Positions 56,578 to 64,000 of a DNA stretch of 64,000 nt are shown one piece after another; position 1 is the first letter of the stretch, and every line of letters begins with the position of its first letter. Both the position numbers and the translations under genes were made by a program. Source of the stretch: an uncultured Acidobacteriota bacterium (lineage in GTDB: Bacteria > Acidobacteriota > Thermoanaerobaculia > Multivoradales > UBA5704); the NCBI GenBank assembly GCA_963718645.1, contig OY970373.1:4202452-4266451 (forward strand), written 5' to 3'. The notes beneath the pieces were generated by a model. The model was not told the origin of the DNA. It did no database searches and saw only the letters and a list, made by a program, of their open reading frames with translations.

Positions 56578-57192
56578 ATGCCCGAAAAAATCCTCCTCTT
56601 CCTGGATGGCGGCTTCGTGAAGAAGAAGCTCCAGGCCCAGACCAAAGCCTTCCCCACCGTTCGGGAGGTCATCGCGCTGTGTACCCTGATCATGGGTAAG
56701 CCGCGCCTCCAAGGGAAAGAGCTCCTTCGGGTGTACTACTACGATGCTCCGCCGCTCGACGGCACCACGACGAATCCCCTGGATGGCTCGACGGTCAACT
56801 TCTCCTCCACACCCCAAGCTGCCAAGAACAAGGCCCTCATCGATTCGCTCGAATTGGAGCCGGACTTTGCCGTCCGCCGCGGCACGCTGGCGCAAAACGG
56901 CTGGAAGCTTGGGAAGAGTGCCCTCCGGAACTTGCAGAAGAGTGGTGGGACGATCACAGCGAACGATCTGGTGCCGGATATTTCCCAGAAGGGTGTCGAC
57001 ATCAAGATCGGTTTGGATGTGGCATCGATGGCGCTCAAGCGCTTCGCCGATGTCTTCGTGCTCGTGACGGGCGATTCAGATTTTGTCCCGACCATGAAGT
57101 TCGCCCGCAAGGAGGGTGTTAGGGTCTATTTGGAGTGCTTGGGCCATCCCGTCAAGCGAGAGCTCAAGGCCCACGCGGACTTGGTGCTCTAA
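56578..57192 (+). CDS. NYN / LabA-like (PIN-related) domain protein. Its GC content (~58%) is clearly lower than that of its neighbours.
   Basis: MPEKILLFLDGGF...GVDIKIGLDVASMA...VFVLVTGDSDFVPTMKFARKEGVRVYL. Confidence 0.7.
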   Translation: MPEKILLFLDGGFVKKKLQAQTKAFPTVREVIALCTLIMGKPRLQGKELLRVYYYDAPPLDGTTTNPLDGSTVNFSSTPQAAKNKALIDSLELEPDFAVRRGTLAQNGWKLGKSALRNLQKSGGTITANDLVPDISQKGVDIKIGLDVASMALKRFADVFVLVTGDSDFVPTMKFARKEGVRVYLECLGHPVKRELKAHADLVL

Positions 57193-58313
57193 GTTCCCCT
57201 CTCCTTCAATCCCCAATCCAGCGCCGCCCTCACCAACCGCCGCCGCAGCCCCGTATAGGGCTGGCGGCAGGCGAGCAGGTCGCCGAGCACTCTCTGGATT
57301 CCTGGGTGGAGGCCCGACAGGGGCACCGCCCAACGGCCTATCGAGCTCTCGAAGAAGACGTCGCGGGCTTGGTGGGCCTTTTCCATCTCCGCTTGCAACT
57401 CGATTTCCAATCGTTCGAGGTAGGCCGCGGGGCGCCCTGCGAGCAGGCTTTCGCCGGCCCAGAGGCCGGTGAGCAGGCCGTAGCGGATGCCCTCGCGGGT
57501 GAGCGGATCGGCGACCGCCGCGGCGTCGCCCGTCAGGAGGACCCGGCTCGCGAGCCCGCGGCGCACCGCCTCCAGCGTCCAGGGGCCGTAGACGGGGATC
57601 GGATAGCGATAGCGGGGACCGGGAAGGTCGCGCCAGCCGGCGGGCAGGTGGCGATCGAGAAAGCCGTCGAGCGCGGCGCGCGCCTCGGCCTCGTTCAGAC
57701 GCCCCGGCGTGTAGGCGATCCCCACCGAAGCGCCTCCGGGGCGGGGAAAGATCCACAGATAGGCATCCGCGAGCGCCGGGAAGGCGAGGACGAGACGGCT
57801 CCAGTCGAGCCCGGTGAGCGAGCCGCCCAGGCCCACGCTGTCTCCTCGGGGAGCGAGGCCGAGCGAGCGCCGCGACAGCCCGCGGGCGCCGTCCGCGCCG
57901 ACGATCCAGTCGTAGATCCGCGCCTCACCACCCGCGGTGACCCGGACTCCCTGCTGAATTCGCTCCAGCCGATCCGCCTTGACCGGCCGCGCCACCGCTC
58001 CCGCGGCCAGCGCCGCCTCGACCAGGGCGCGGTCGAAATCCCGCCGCCGGAAGATGCGGATGCCGGCGAGATCCAGAGTGAGCCGGTGCCCGCGCGCGTC
58101 CTCCAGGAGAGTCTCGGGGCTGACGACGGCCGGCAAGTGCGAGGGATCGAAGCCGGCGATGCGCGGGAGCACATGCTCGGGCACCGCGCCGCCGCAGGGC
58201 TTTTCACCCGGACGGGCGGGTAGATAGAGATCGACCGACGCGCCGCCGCGGACGAGCGCCAGGGCCGCCGACGCGCCCGCCGGTCCGCCTCCGAGCACGG
58301 CGATGCGAGTCAT
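57189..58313 (-). CDS. Geranylgeranyl-reductase-family FAD-dependent oxidoreductase
   Basis: MTRIAVLGGGPAGASAALAL...GDAAAVADPLTREGIRYGL. Confidence 0.75.
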   Translation of the reverse strand: MTRIAVLGGGPAGASAALALVRGGASVDLYLPARPGEKPCGGAVPEHVLPRIAGFDPSHLPAVVSPETLLEDARGHRLTLDLAGIRIFRRRDFDRALVEAALAAGAVARPVKADRLERIQQGVRVTAGGEARIYDWIVGADGARGLSRRSLGLAPRGDSVGLGGSLTGLDWSRLVLAFPALADAYLWIFPRPGGASVGIAYTPGRLNEAEARAALDGFLDRHLPAGWRDLPGPRYRYPIPVYGPWTLEAVRRGLASRVLLTGDAAAVADPLTREGIRYGLLTGLWAGESLLAGRPAAYLERLEIELQAEMEKAHQARDVFFESSIGRWAVPLSGLHPGIQRVLGDLLACRQPYTGLRRRLVRAALDWGLKERGT

Positions 58314-59605
58314 TACAGGGATCTTGAAGGGGAGGTCGAGGCCAGCTCTCGGATTCCCTGCTCCAGCCGCCTTGCCAGCTCCGGAAGAGCTGCGGCGTCC
58401 ACCGAGCAGTGGGCGATGCGCAGATAGCGCGGCGCGAGCGAGATCAGTCCGGTGTCATGGCGAGCCAGCAGGTGGCGGCGGGCGGCCTCGGAATCGATCC
58501 CCAGTGCTTCCGGGATCTCCACCAGGGCGAAGCAGCCGGAGTTGAACGGCAGCACCGTCAGGAGGGCGGGGTCGACTGCGGCGAGCGCTCCCTTCAGCGT
58601 CTGGTAGCGCCCTTCCAGCAGGAGCCGCACGGCCTCGATGTCGCGCCCGACCCCCTCGTCACGCAGGGCCTGCAGGAGGACCACCTGACTCGCCGCCACC
58701 GGCGCGCCGATCCCGGAACGCACCAGCACGCCGAGCTTGCTCTCCAGCGCCCGCGCCGCGTCCGATTCGGGGTCGAGGGCGAAGGTGAGAAATCCGACCC
58801 GACCGCCGAAGAAGGAGAACTCCTTGGTGGCGCCGTCGACCTTGACCGCCGCCAGGTTCGGGTGCGCGCCGGCGAGCTCCCAGAACAGCGACTTGCGGGG
58901 GATCTCCGGCTCGAAGACCAGACCGGCGTAGGCGTCGTCGCAGATCACCACCAGCGGCCGGCGGGCAGCCTCGGCGACCAGGGACTCGACGGTAGCCCGG
59001 CGCTCTTCGGCATCCGGCGAGCAGCCCCCCGGATTCGACGGGATGTTGAGGATGCCCACCGCCGGCTCCCCCGGCGGCAGACCGGCGAGGGCTTCGGCGA
59101 TCGCCCACGGGTTGTAGCGGCCGTCGACGTAGGCGGGCGCGGTCAGCAGCCGCGCGCCGGTGCGCGTCGCGAAGGCCTGCCGGTAGTTCCCCCAGAAGGG
59201 CTGCGGCACGGCGACCGCCCTCCCCTCGCCGCCGAAGAGGTCCGCCAGCAGGGAGAGCCCATGGCTCAATCCCGCCGTCACCACCGGCAGGGAGGAGGGG
59301 ACCCCGGCGGCGATCGCGCGGCGCTGCCACTGCCGCCAGCGCTGCCGCACCTCCGGCAGCCCCAGGACCGGCGAGCCGTGGAGAGCGCTATCCAGATCCT
59401 GCGCGGAGAGGCCGGTGAACGCCGAGGCGAGATCGGGCAGACCGGCGGCGAGCGTTCGCGGCAGCAGCGGCGCGGGCGGGATCGATCCGGCGGGCGAGGC
59501 CGCGCGCAGCCCCAGCGGGGAGAGGGCGCGGAACAGCGCGGGCGCCTCCCGCTCCAGCGCCTCGTCGAGGCCAGAGGCGGACGTTGCGGCGATCTCAGAT
59601 CTCAC
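58313..59605 (-). CDS. PLP-dependent aminotransferase class I/II
   Basis: ...GLPEVRQRW...NIPSNPGG...KEFSFFGGRVGF... A GTG start at 59605 is preferred. The ATG at 59686 would overlap the divergent M61 gene. Confidence 0.65.
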   Translation of the reverse strand: MRSEIAATSASGLDEALEREAPALFRALSPLGLRAASPAGSIPPAPLLPRTLAAGLPDLASAFTGLSAQDLDSALHGSPVLGLPEVRQRWRQWQRRAIAAGVPSSLPVVTAGLSHGLSLLADLFGGEGRAVAVPQPFWGNYRQAFATRTGARLLTAPAYVDGRYNPWAIAEALAGLPPGEPAVGILNIPSNPGGCSPDAEERRATVESLVAEAARRPLVVICDDAYAGLVFEPEIPRKSLFWELAGAHPNLAAVKVDGATKEFSFFGGRVGFLTFALDPESDAARALESKLGVLVRSGIGAPVAASQVVLLQALRDEGVGRDIEAVRLLLEGRYQTLKGALAAVDPALLTVLPFNSGCFALVEIPEALGIDSEAARRHLLARHDTGLISLAPRYLRIAHCSVDAAALPELARRLEQGIRELASTSPSRSL

Positions 59606-59670
59606 GCCGGAAAGTATATCCCCCGGCTCCCATCTTGGCGTTCGCGGGCATCTCTTGTAAGTTCCCCACG

Positions 59671-61518
59671 ATGCCGAAAGCGACAATCCCGCTGGTCCTC
59701 TCGCTGGCGCTCCAGGGCGCCGTCCTGCACGGAGCCGTCATGTCCGAAGCGATCTCCTACACCCTCCGCTTCCCCGCGCCCCAGACCCACTACGTCGAGG
59801 TCGAGGCGCGATTTCCCACCGGCGGCAGGCCGGAGATCGAGCTGTCGATGGCGGTCTGGACGCCCGGCTCCTACCTGGTGCGCGAGTACGCCCGCAACGT
59901 CGAGGGGGTCGCGGCCGCCACCGCCGCGGGCGAGCCGCTGGCCGTCGAGAAGACCGCCAAGAACCACTGGCGGATCACCACCCGGCAGGCTCCCGAGGTG
60001 GTCGTGCGCTACCGGATCTACTGCCGGGAGATGTCGGTGCGTACCAACTTCGTCGACTCGGGGTTCGCGCTTCTCGTCGGCGCCGGCACATTCGTGCGCC
60101 TGGAGGGGAGCCCGGGGACCCCCTACGATGTCCGGCTCGAGCTGCCGGCGGCATGGAAGGTCTCGGCGAGCCCGCTCTCTCCGCTGCCTGGCGCCGGCGA
60201 GCACGCCTACCGGGCGGAGGATTTCGACACGCTGATCGACTCGCCGATCTACGCCGGCAACGCGCGGACCTACCCGTTCGAGGTCGCGGGCAAGCCGCAC
60301 CTGCTGGTCAACGAGGGGGAGGACTCCATCTGGGAGGGTCCCCGCTCGGCGACCGACGCCGCGAAGATCGTGCAGACGCTGGCCGACTTCTGGGGGGGCG
60401 TTCCGTATCCGCGCTACGTGATCTTCAACCTGCTCACCGAGAGCGGCGGCGGGCTGGAGCACAAGAACGCCTGCACCCTGATGAGCAGCCGCTGGCGCGC
60501 CCGCACCCGCGAGGGGTACCTCGAATGGCTGGGGCTGGTGAGCCACGAGGCCTTCCACGCCTGGAACGGCAAGCGTCTGCGGCCGGTCGAGCTGGGGCCG
60601 TTCGACTACGAGCGCGAGGTCTACACCCGCGGCCTCTGGGCGGTGGAGGGGATCACCTCCTACTACGGCGACCTCCTGGTACACCGCGCCGGGTTCTCGA
60701 CCGCCAAGGAGTATCTGAAGGGCTTGAGCAAATCGATCGACACTTTGCAGACCACGCCGGGCCGCCTTGTGCAGCCGCTCGACGAGTCCTCCTTCGACGC
60801 CTGGATCAAGGCCTACCGGCGGGACGAGAACTCGAACAACTCCGGCATCAGCTACTACACCAAGGGGGAGGTCGTCGCCTTCCTGCTCGACGCCCGGATC
60901 CGCCGCGCCACGGCCGGCAAGAAGAGCCTGGACGACGCGATGCGCCTCGCCTATCAGCGCTTCTCGGGAGAGCACGGCTTCCGCGCCGAGGAGCTGCGGA
61001 AGACCTTCGAGGAGGTGGCGGGGATCGACCTCGGCGGCTGGCTGCACGAGGCCGTCGAGACCCCCGCCGAGCTCGACTACAAGGAGGCGCTCGACTGGTA
61101 CGGGCTGCGCTTCGCGGATGCGGAAAAGTCGGAGAAACCGGACGCGAAGGACGCCGGCGAGCCGAAGGAGCTCCCCGCCGGCTGGCTGGGGATGGACGTC
61201 GCGGTCCAGGAAGGCCGGCTGACGGTGACGGCGGTGAAGCGCGGCACCCCCGCCTTCGAGGCCGGCGTCAACGTCGGCGACGAGATCCTGGCCATCGACG
61301 ACTACCGGGTGCCACCCGAGGGGCTGGAGGGGCGGCTGAAGTTCTACCGCCCCGGCACGCAGGCCTCGCTCCTGGTGGCCCGGCGCGACCTCCTGGTCCG
61401 CCTGCCCGTCACCTTCGGCGCCAAGCCCAAGGACGTCTGGAAGCTGGAGGCGCGCCCCGACGCCACGCCCGCCCAGAAAGCCCACCTGGCGGCCTGGCTG
61501 GAAGGAAAGAAGCCGTAG
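59671..61518 (+). CDS. M61 glycyl-aminopeptidase-family metallopeptidase with a C-terminal PDZ domain, secreted
   Basis: MPKATIPLVLSLALQGAVLHG (signal peptide)...LVSHEAFHAWNGKRLRP (HExxH)...GVNVGDEILAIDDYRV (PDZ). Confidence 0.8.
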   Translation: MPKATIPLVLSLALQGAVLHGAVMSEAISYTLRFPAPQTHYVEVEARFPTGGRPEIELSMAVWTPGSYLVREYARNVEGVAAATAAGEPLAVEKTAKNHWRITTRQAPEVVVRYRIYCREMSVRTNFVDSGFALLVGAGTFVRLEGSPGTPYDVRLELPAAWKVSASPLSPLPGAGEHAYRAEDFDTLIDSPIYAGNARTYPFEVAGKPHLLVNEGEDSIWEGPRSATDAAKIVQTLADFWGGVPYPRYVIFNLLTESGGGLEHKNACTLMSSRWRARTREGYLEWLGLVSHEAFHAWNGKRLRPVELGPFDYEREVYTRGLWAVEGITSYYGDLLVHRAGFSTAKEYLKGLSKSIDTLQTTPGRLVQPLDESSFDAWIKAYRRDENSNNSGISYYTKGEVVAFLLDARIRRATAGKKSLDDAMRLAYQRFSGEHGFRAEELRKTFEEVAGIDLGGWLHEAVETPAELDYKEALDWYGLRFADAEKSEKPDAKDAGEPKELPAGWLGMDVAVQEGRLTVTAVKRGTPAFEAGVNVGDEILAIDDYRVPPEGLEGRLKFYRPGTQASLLVARRDLLVRLPVTFGAKPKDVWKLEARPDATPAQKAHLAAWLEGKKP

Positions 61519-61526
61519 GGCACTCC

Positions 61527-61616
61527 CCTCCTGGGACCGCCGGCGTCCCGCCGGCTCTAACTCCGCTTTTGATTAGTTTTAGTTAGAGCCGGCGGGACGC
61601 CGGCGGTCCCAGGAGG
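61527..61616. terminator. Perfect 36-bp inverted repeat with an 18-nt loop between convergent genes
   Basis: CCTCCTGGGACCGCCGGCGTCCCGCCGGCTCTAACT ccgcttttgattagtttt AGTTAGAGCCGGCGGGACGCCGGCGGTCCCAGGAGG. Confidence 0.7.
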
Positions 61617-61641
61617 GCGGAGGACTTCCAGGGGGCTGTCT

Positions 61642-62397
61642 TCAGGGCGTGAAGCTCCAGGTCTTCACCTCCCACGTCCCCCCTTCGATGGCGACGGCGC
61701 CGAGGTACTGCTCCGCCGGCACCAGATGGTGGAAGAACCAGCGGGCGGCGCGGCCGGCGTCCCCTTCGAGGGTGAGCATGCGCGGCGGCTCTCCCGGCGC
61801 CAGGGTGACGTCGAAGGAGTCGAGCGGCGCCGCCAGCCCCTCGCCCACCGCCTTGAGGTAGGCCTCCTTCCGCGTCCAGCAGTTGAAGAAGGTCTCCTCC
61901 TTGACCGGACCGGGAATCTCCCGCAGCACCTTGCGCTCGCTCTCCGAGAAGAAGCGCTCGGAGATCTGCTCGCAGTCGGGCATCGGGCGGAGGAATTCGA
62001 CGTCGACGCCGATCTCGCGCCCGGTCACGAAAGCCGCCAGCGCCAGCTCGTCCGAGTTCGAGAGGTTGAACTCGAGCCCGCCGGCGTCGAGCGGCGCCTC
62101 CAGGAAGGGCTTGCCGCGGGGGCCGTAGCGGAAGCGGATCGCCTCCGGCGTCATCTTCGGCGATCCCCCCAGGTAGCCCGCGAGCAGGCTCCGCAGGGCG
62201 CCGCGCCCGACCACGTACTGCCGGCGGTGCTTGTCGAAGCGGAAGCGATTGGCGCGCTCCCACTCGTCGGCGGCGAGGAAGCGCCCCAGCCGTTCGACTT
62301 CCGCGGCGGGAGGATCGAGACGGATCGACCAGACGTGGATCTCGCCGGGCTCCAGCGCGAGGCCGGCCGCGGCCGAGCGGGGAGGAAAACCGGTCAC
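61642..62397 (-). CDS. Sfp-type 4'-phosphopantetheinyl transferase
   Basis: ...GVDVEFLRPM...FNCWTRKEAYLKAVGEG... Confidence 0.85.
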   Translation of the reverse strand: MTGFPPRSAAAGLALEPGEIHVWSIRLDPPAAEVERLGRFLAADEWERANRFRFDKHRRQYVVGRGALRSLLAGYLGGSPKMTPEAIRFRYGPRGKPFLEAPLDAGGLEFNLSNSDELALAAFVTGREIGVDVEFLRPMPDCEQISERFFSESERKVLREIPGPVKEETFFNCWTRKEAYLKAVGEGLAAPLDSFDVTLAPGEPPRMLTLEGDAGRAARWFFHHLVPAEQYLGAVAIEGGTWEVKTWSFTP

Positions 62398-63176
62398 CAG
62401 CGGGGAGCGGGCGCGGCGGAGACCTCGGCGAGGTCGCGCGCGACGGATTCGAGGATGAGGTCCTTGTTGCTGTTGATGAAGAAGTGATCGCCCGGCAGCA
62501 TCCGCAGGCGGAACCGGCCGCGGGTGTCCTCCTTCCAGGCCTCCAGATCCTCACGGGTGACCTCCGCGTCGCCGAGGCCGCCGAAGGCGGAGATCCCGGC
62601 GTCGAGCGGCGCCTCCTCGGTGAACTCGTAGGTCTCGTTGACCGAGAAGTCGGCGCGCAGGATGGGAGTGATCAACCGCATCAGCTCCTCGTGCTGGAGC
62701 ACCTCCTCCGGCGTGCCGTTGAGCTCGCGGAGCTTCTCGATGAACTCGGCCTCGGGGAGCGCGTGGATCGGCTCCTCGCGCGCCGGCAACTGCGGCGCGC
62801 GGCGGCCGGAGACGAAGAGGTGCAGCGGCTGTGTGCGCCCCCGCCGGCGCAGCTCCCGCGCCAGCTCGAAGGAGATCATGGCGCCCATGCTGTGGCCGAA
62901 GAACACGAACGGCAGGTCCATGTAGGGGGCGAGGGCGTCGGCGATCGCCTGGATCATCGGTCCGGGCTCGGCGAAGCCGGGCTCCCGCAGCCGGCTCTCG
63001 CGGCCGGGGATCTGCACCGGGCAGACCTCGACGTCGGCGGGCAGCGACGCGCCCCACCCCCGGTAGATCGAGGCGCCGCCTCCCGCGTAGGGGAAGCAGA
63101 ACATCCGCGTCTTCGCGCGCGGATTCACGTCGCGGTAGGCCAGCCACCGCTCCGGAGCGTTGCTGCTCGGTCTCAA
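62394..63176 (-). CDS. Type II thioesterase (NRPS/PKS editing)
   Basis: ...MFCFPYAGGGASIYRGW...FFGHSMGAMISFELAREL... Confidence 0.85.
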   Translation of the reverse strand: MRPSSNAPERWLAYRDVNPRAKTRMFCFPYAGGGASIYRGWGASLPADVEVCPVQIPGRESRLREPGFAEPGPMIQAIADALAPYMDLPFVFFGHSMGAMISFELARELRRRGRTQPLHLFVSGRRAPQLPAREEPIHALPEAEFIEKLRELNGTPEEVLQHEELMRLITPILRADFSVNETYEFTEEAPLDAGISAFGGLGDAEVTREDLEAWKEDTRGRFRLRMLPGDHFFINSNKDLILESVARDLAEVSAAPAPRW

Positions 63177-63197
63177 GATAGGGTTGCCTCCAGGCGG

Positions 63198-63443
63198 CTA
63201 GTTTGCTTCGGTGCCCGCCTGCCGGGAGCGCTCCATCTCTTCCATCTTCTTGCGCAGGGACAGGGGGCGCATGTCCGTCCAGACTTCCTTGATGTACTCC
63301 AGGCACTCGGCCTTCGGGCCGGACTTGCCGACGTCGTTCCAACCCAGGGGGTTCTCGCGGTGGGCCGGCCAGATCGAGTACTGCTCTTCGTGGTTCACCA
63401 CCACTTTGTAGATCGTGGTGTCTTCTTTCTCTTCCCAACTCAT
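63198..63443 (-). CDS. MbtH-like protein
   Basis: [35 protein letters not shown]... Confidence 0.9.
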   Translation of the reverse strand: MSWEEKEDTTIYKVVVNHEEQYSIWPAHRENPLGWNDVGKSGPKAECLEYIKEVWTDMRPLSLRKKMEEMERSRQAGTEAN

Positions 63444-63593
63444 GGGTGCGTCTCCTCTGGTCTTTGATTCGCTGCCGACGGGATCGAGACCTCGCGCCCG
63501 CTCGCCTGGAACCGTTCCCTGTCTTAAGTGCGGAAAACGCCGCAGGCGGGACAGTCCGAGGGGGAATCACTGTATCAGCTTTCCTCCCCGCCC

Positions 63594-64000
63594 TCAGCTT
63601 TCCTCCCCACTCTCCTTCGGCGCCTGCCGCGACCGCGCCCGGGCGAGGGCCGCGACCAGGGCGTCGACGTCCTCCGGACCCGTCCGGTAGTTGGTAATAC
63701 AGGCGCGCAGGGCGGGGCCGGCCTCCCCCAGCGCCACCGTGCTGATCCAGGCCTCCCCCGAGCCCACGACGTCCGCCGCGACCGCTTCGAGGAACGCCGC
63801 CGAGCGCCCCTCGCGGCCCTCGCGGCTGTCATCGACGAAGCAGACCACCGGCAGCGGCGTGTCGTTGACGATCGTCCACCCCTCGGCCGCGAGCCGCTCG
63901 CGCAGGCGGTCCCCCATCGCCGTCTGCCGGCGCAGGGCCTCTTCGTACCCCGCCCAGCCGGCGACCGCCAGCGAGAGGAAGAGCTTGAGGCCGATGAACC
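63594..64000 (-). CDS. PLP-dependent group II decarboxylase (L-2,4-diaminobutyrate / aspartate / glutamate decarboxylase-like), C-terminal part; the gene continues past the right edge
   Basis: The frame is open to the window edge. ...FIGLKLFLSLAVAGWAGYEEALRRQTAMGDRLRERLAAEGWTIVNDTPLPVVCF...LRACITNYRTGPEDVDALVAAL. Confidence 0.7.
   Translation of the reverse strand, partial: FIGLKLFLSLAVAGWAGYEEALRRQTAMGDRLRERLAAEGWTIVNDTPLPVVCFVDDSREGREGRSAAFLEAVAADVVGSGEAWISTVALGEAGPALRACITNYRTGPEDVDALVAALARARSRQAPKESGEES

Noticed and set aside
55297-57192. VWA + NYN as a two-gene defence pair.
   Set aside because: The VWA protein has an N-terminal signal peptide and the acidobacterial secreted VWFA architecture, and the NYN gene has its own promoter 80 nt downstream. 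Nothing supports a functional link beyond adjacency.

Overview
This is high-GC (~70%) bacterial chromosomal DNA. It is probably from an Acidobacteria-type genome: it carries a TIGR03436-like 'VWFA-related acidobacterial' protein, a GAAC/GTTC-type LexA-like box at recA, and many GC-rich palindromic intergenic repeats. I found no rRNA, tRNA, CRISPR, transposase or integrase. All family assignments come from reading conserved motifs in the translations; no database search was run.

Gene content from left to right:
(1) 1-9.9 kb, minus strand: a complete histidine operon (aroD/E fusion, hisZ, hisG, hisD, hisC, hisB, hisH, hisA, hisF, hisIE) running into a partial trpE/pabB-like gene. Its junctions are ATGA/GTGA-coupled. 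Several junctions are invaded by a stop-free REP-like repeat that is read through in frame. This gives hisZ a repeat-encoded tail, gives hisF a repeat-encoded head, and merges hisC and hisB into one uninterrupted 582-codon ORF. A possible His-codon leader peptide and terminator sit in front of the operon.
(2) 10.1-14.9 kb, plus strand: a DedA::rhodanese fusion whose rhodanese loop is cut by an in-frame TGA. It is followed by a tightly coupled three-gene cassette: an AsnB-like PP-loop amidoligase lacking the N-terminal Cys, a radical-SAM-like CX3CX2C protein, and a halogenase-family flavoprotein. This is the best candidate for an undescribed modification or biosynthesis system.
(3) 15-28.3 kb: a Uma2-family endonuclease with a 42-bp tandem coiled-coil repeat, then a large polysaccharide/glycosylation locus. 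The locus holds six GT4 glycosyltransferases, two GT-C (ArnT/PMT-like) membrane glycosyltransferases and a WbaP-type priming phosphotransferase. Between two of its genes lies an unusual array of 11 units, AACAWTGTT cores spaced exactly 20 bp apart.
(4) A histone-H1-like Lys/Ala-rich protein, then gnd-zwf-pgl.
(5) An OmpA-like barrel, a DUF885-like HEGYPGHH lipoprotein, a MoxR-DUF58-TgpA-DUF4239 module, recA with a clear promoter plus LexA-like box, a DUF4388 protein, a 985-aa exported barrel protein, rarA, and a MopB molybdoenzyme whose upstream region holds CCGGATTGCCGG/GGGCAATT palindromes.
(6) A zf-HC2/TPR protein, fadD-fadB, an acidobacterial VWA protein, a lower-GC NYN gene, a GGR-family flavoprotein, an aminotransferase and an M61-PDZ peptidase.
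(7) At the right edge: PPTase, TE-II, MbtH and a PLP decarboxylase, which are accessory genes of an NRPS/siderophore cluster that continues beyond the window.

At least four families of palindromic MITE-like repeats and several long perfect hairpins are scattered through the intergenic regions.
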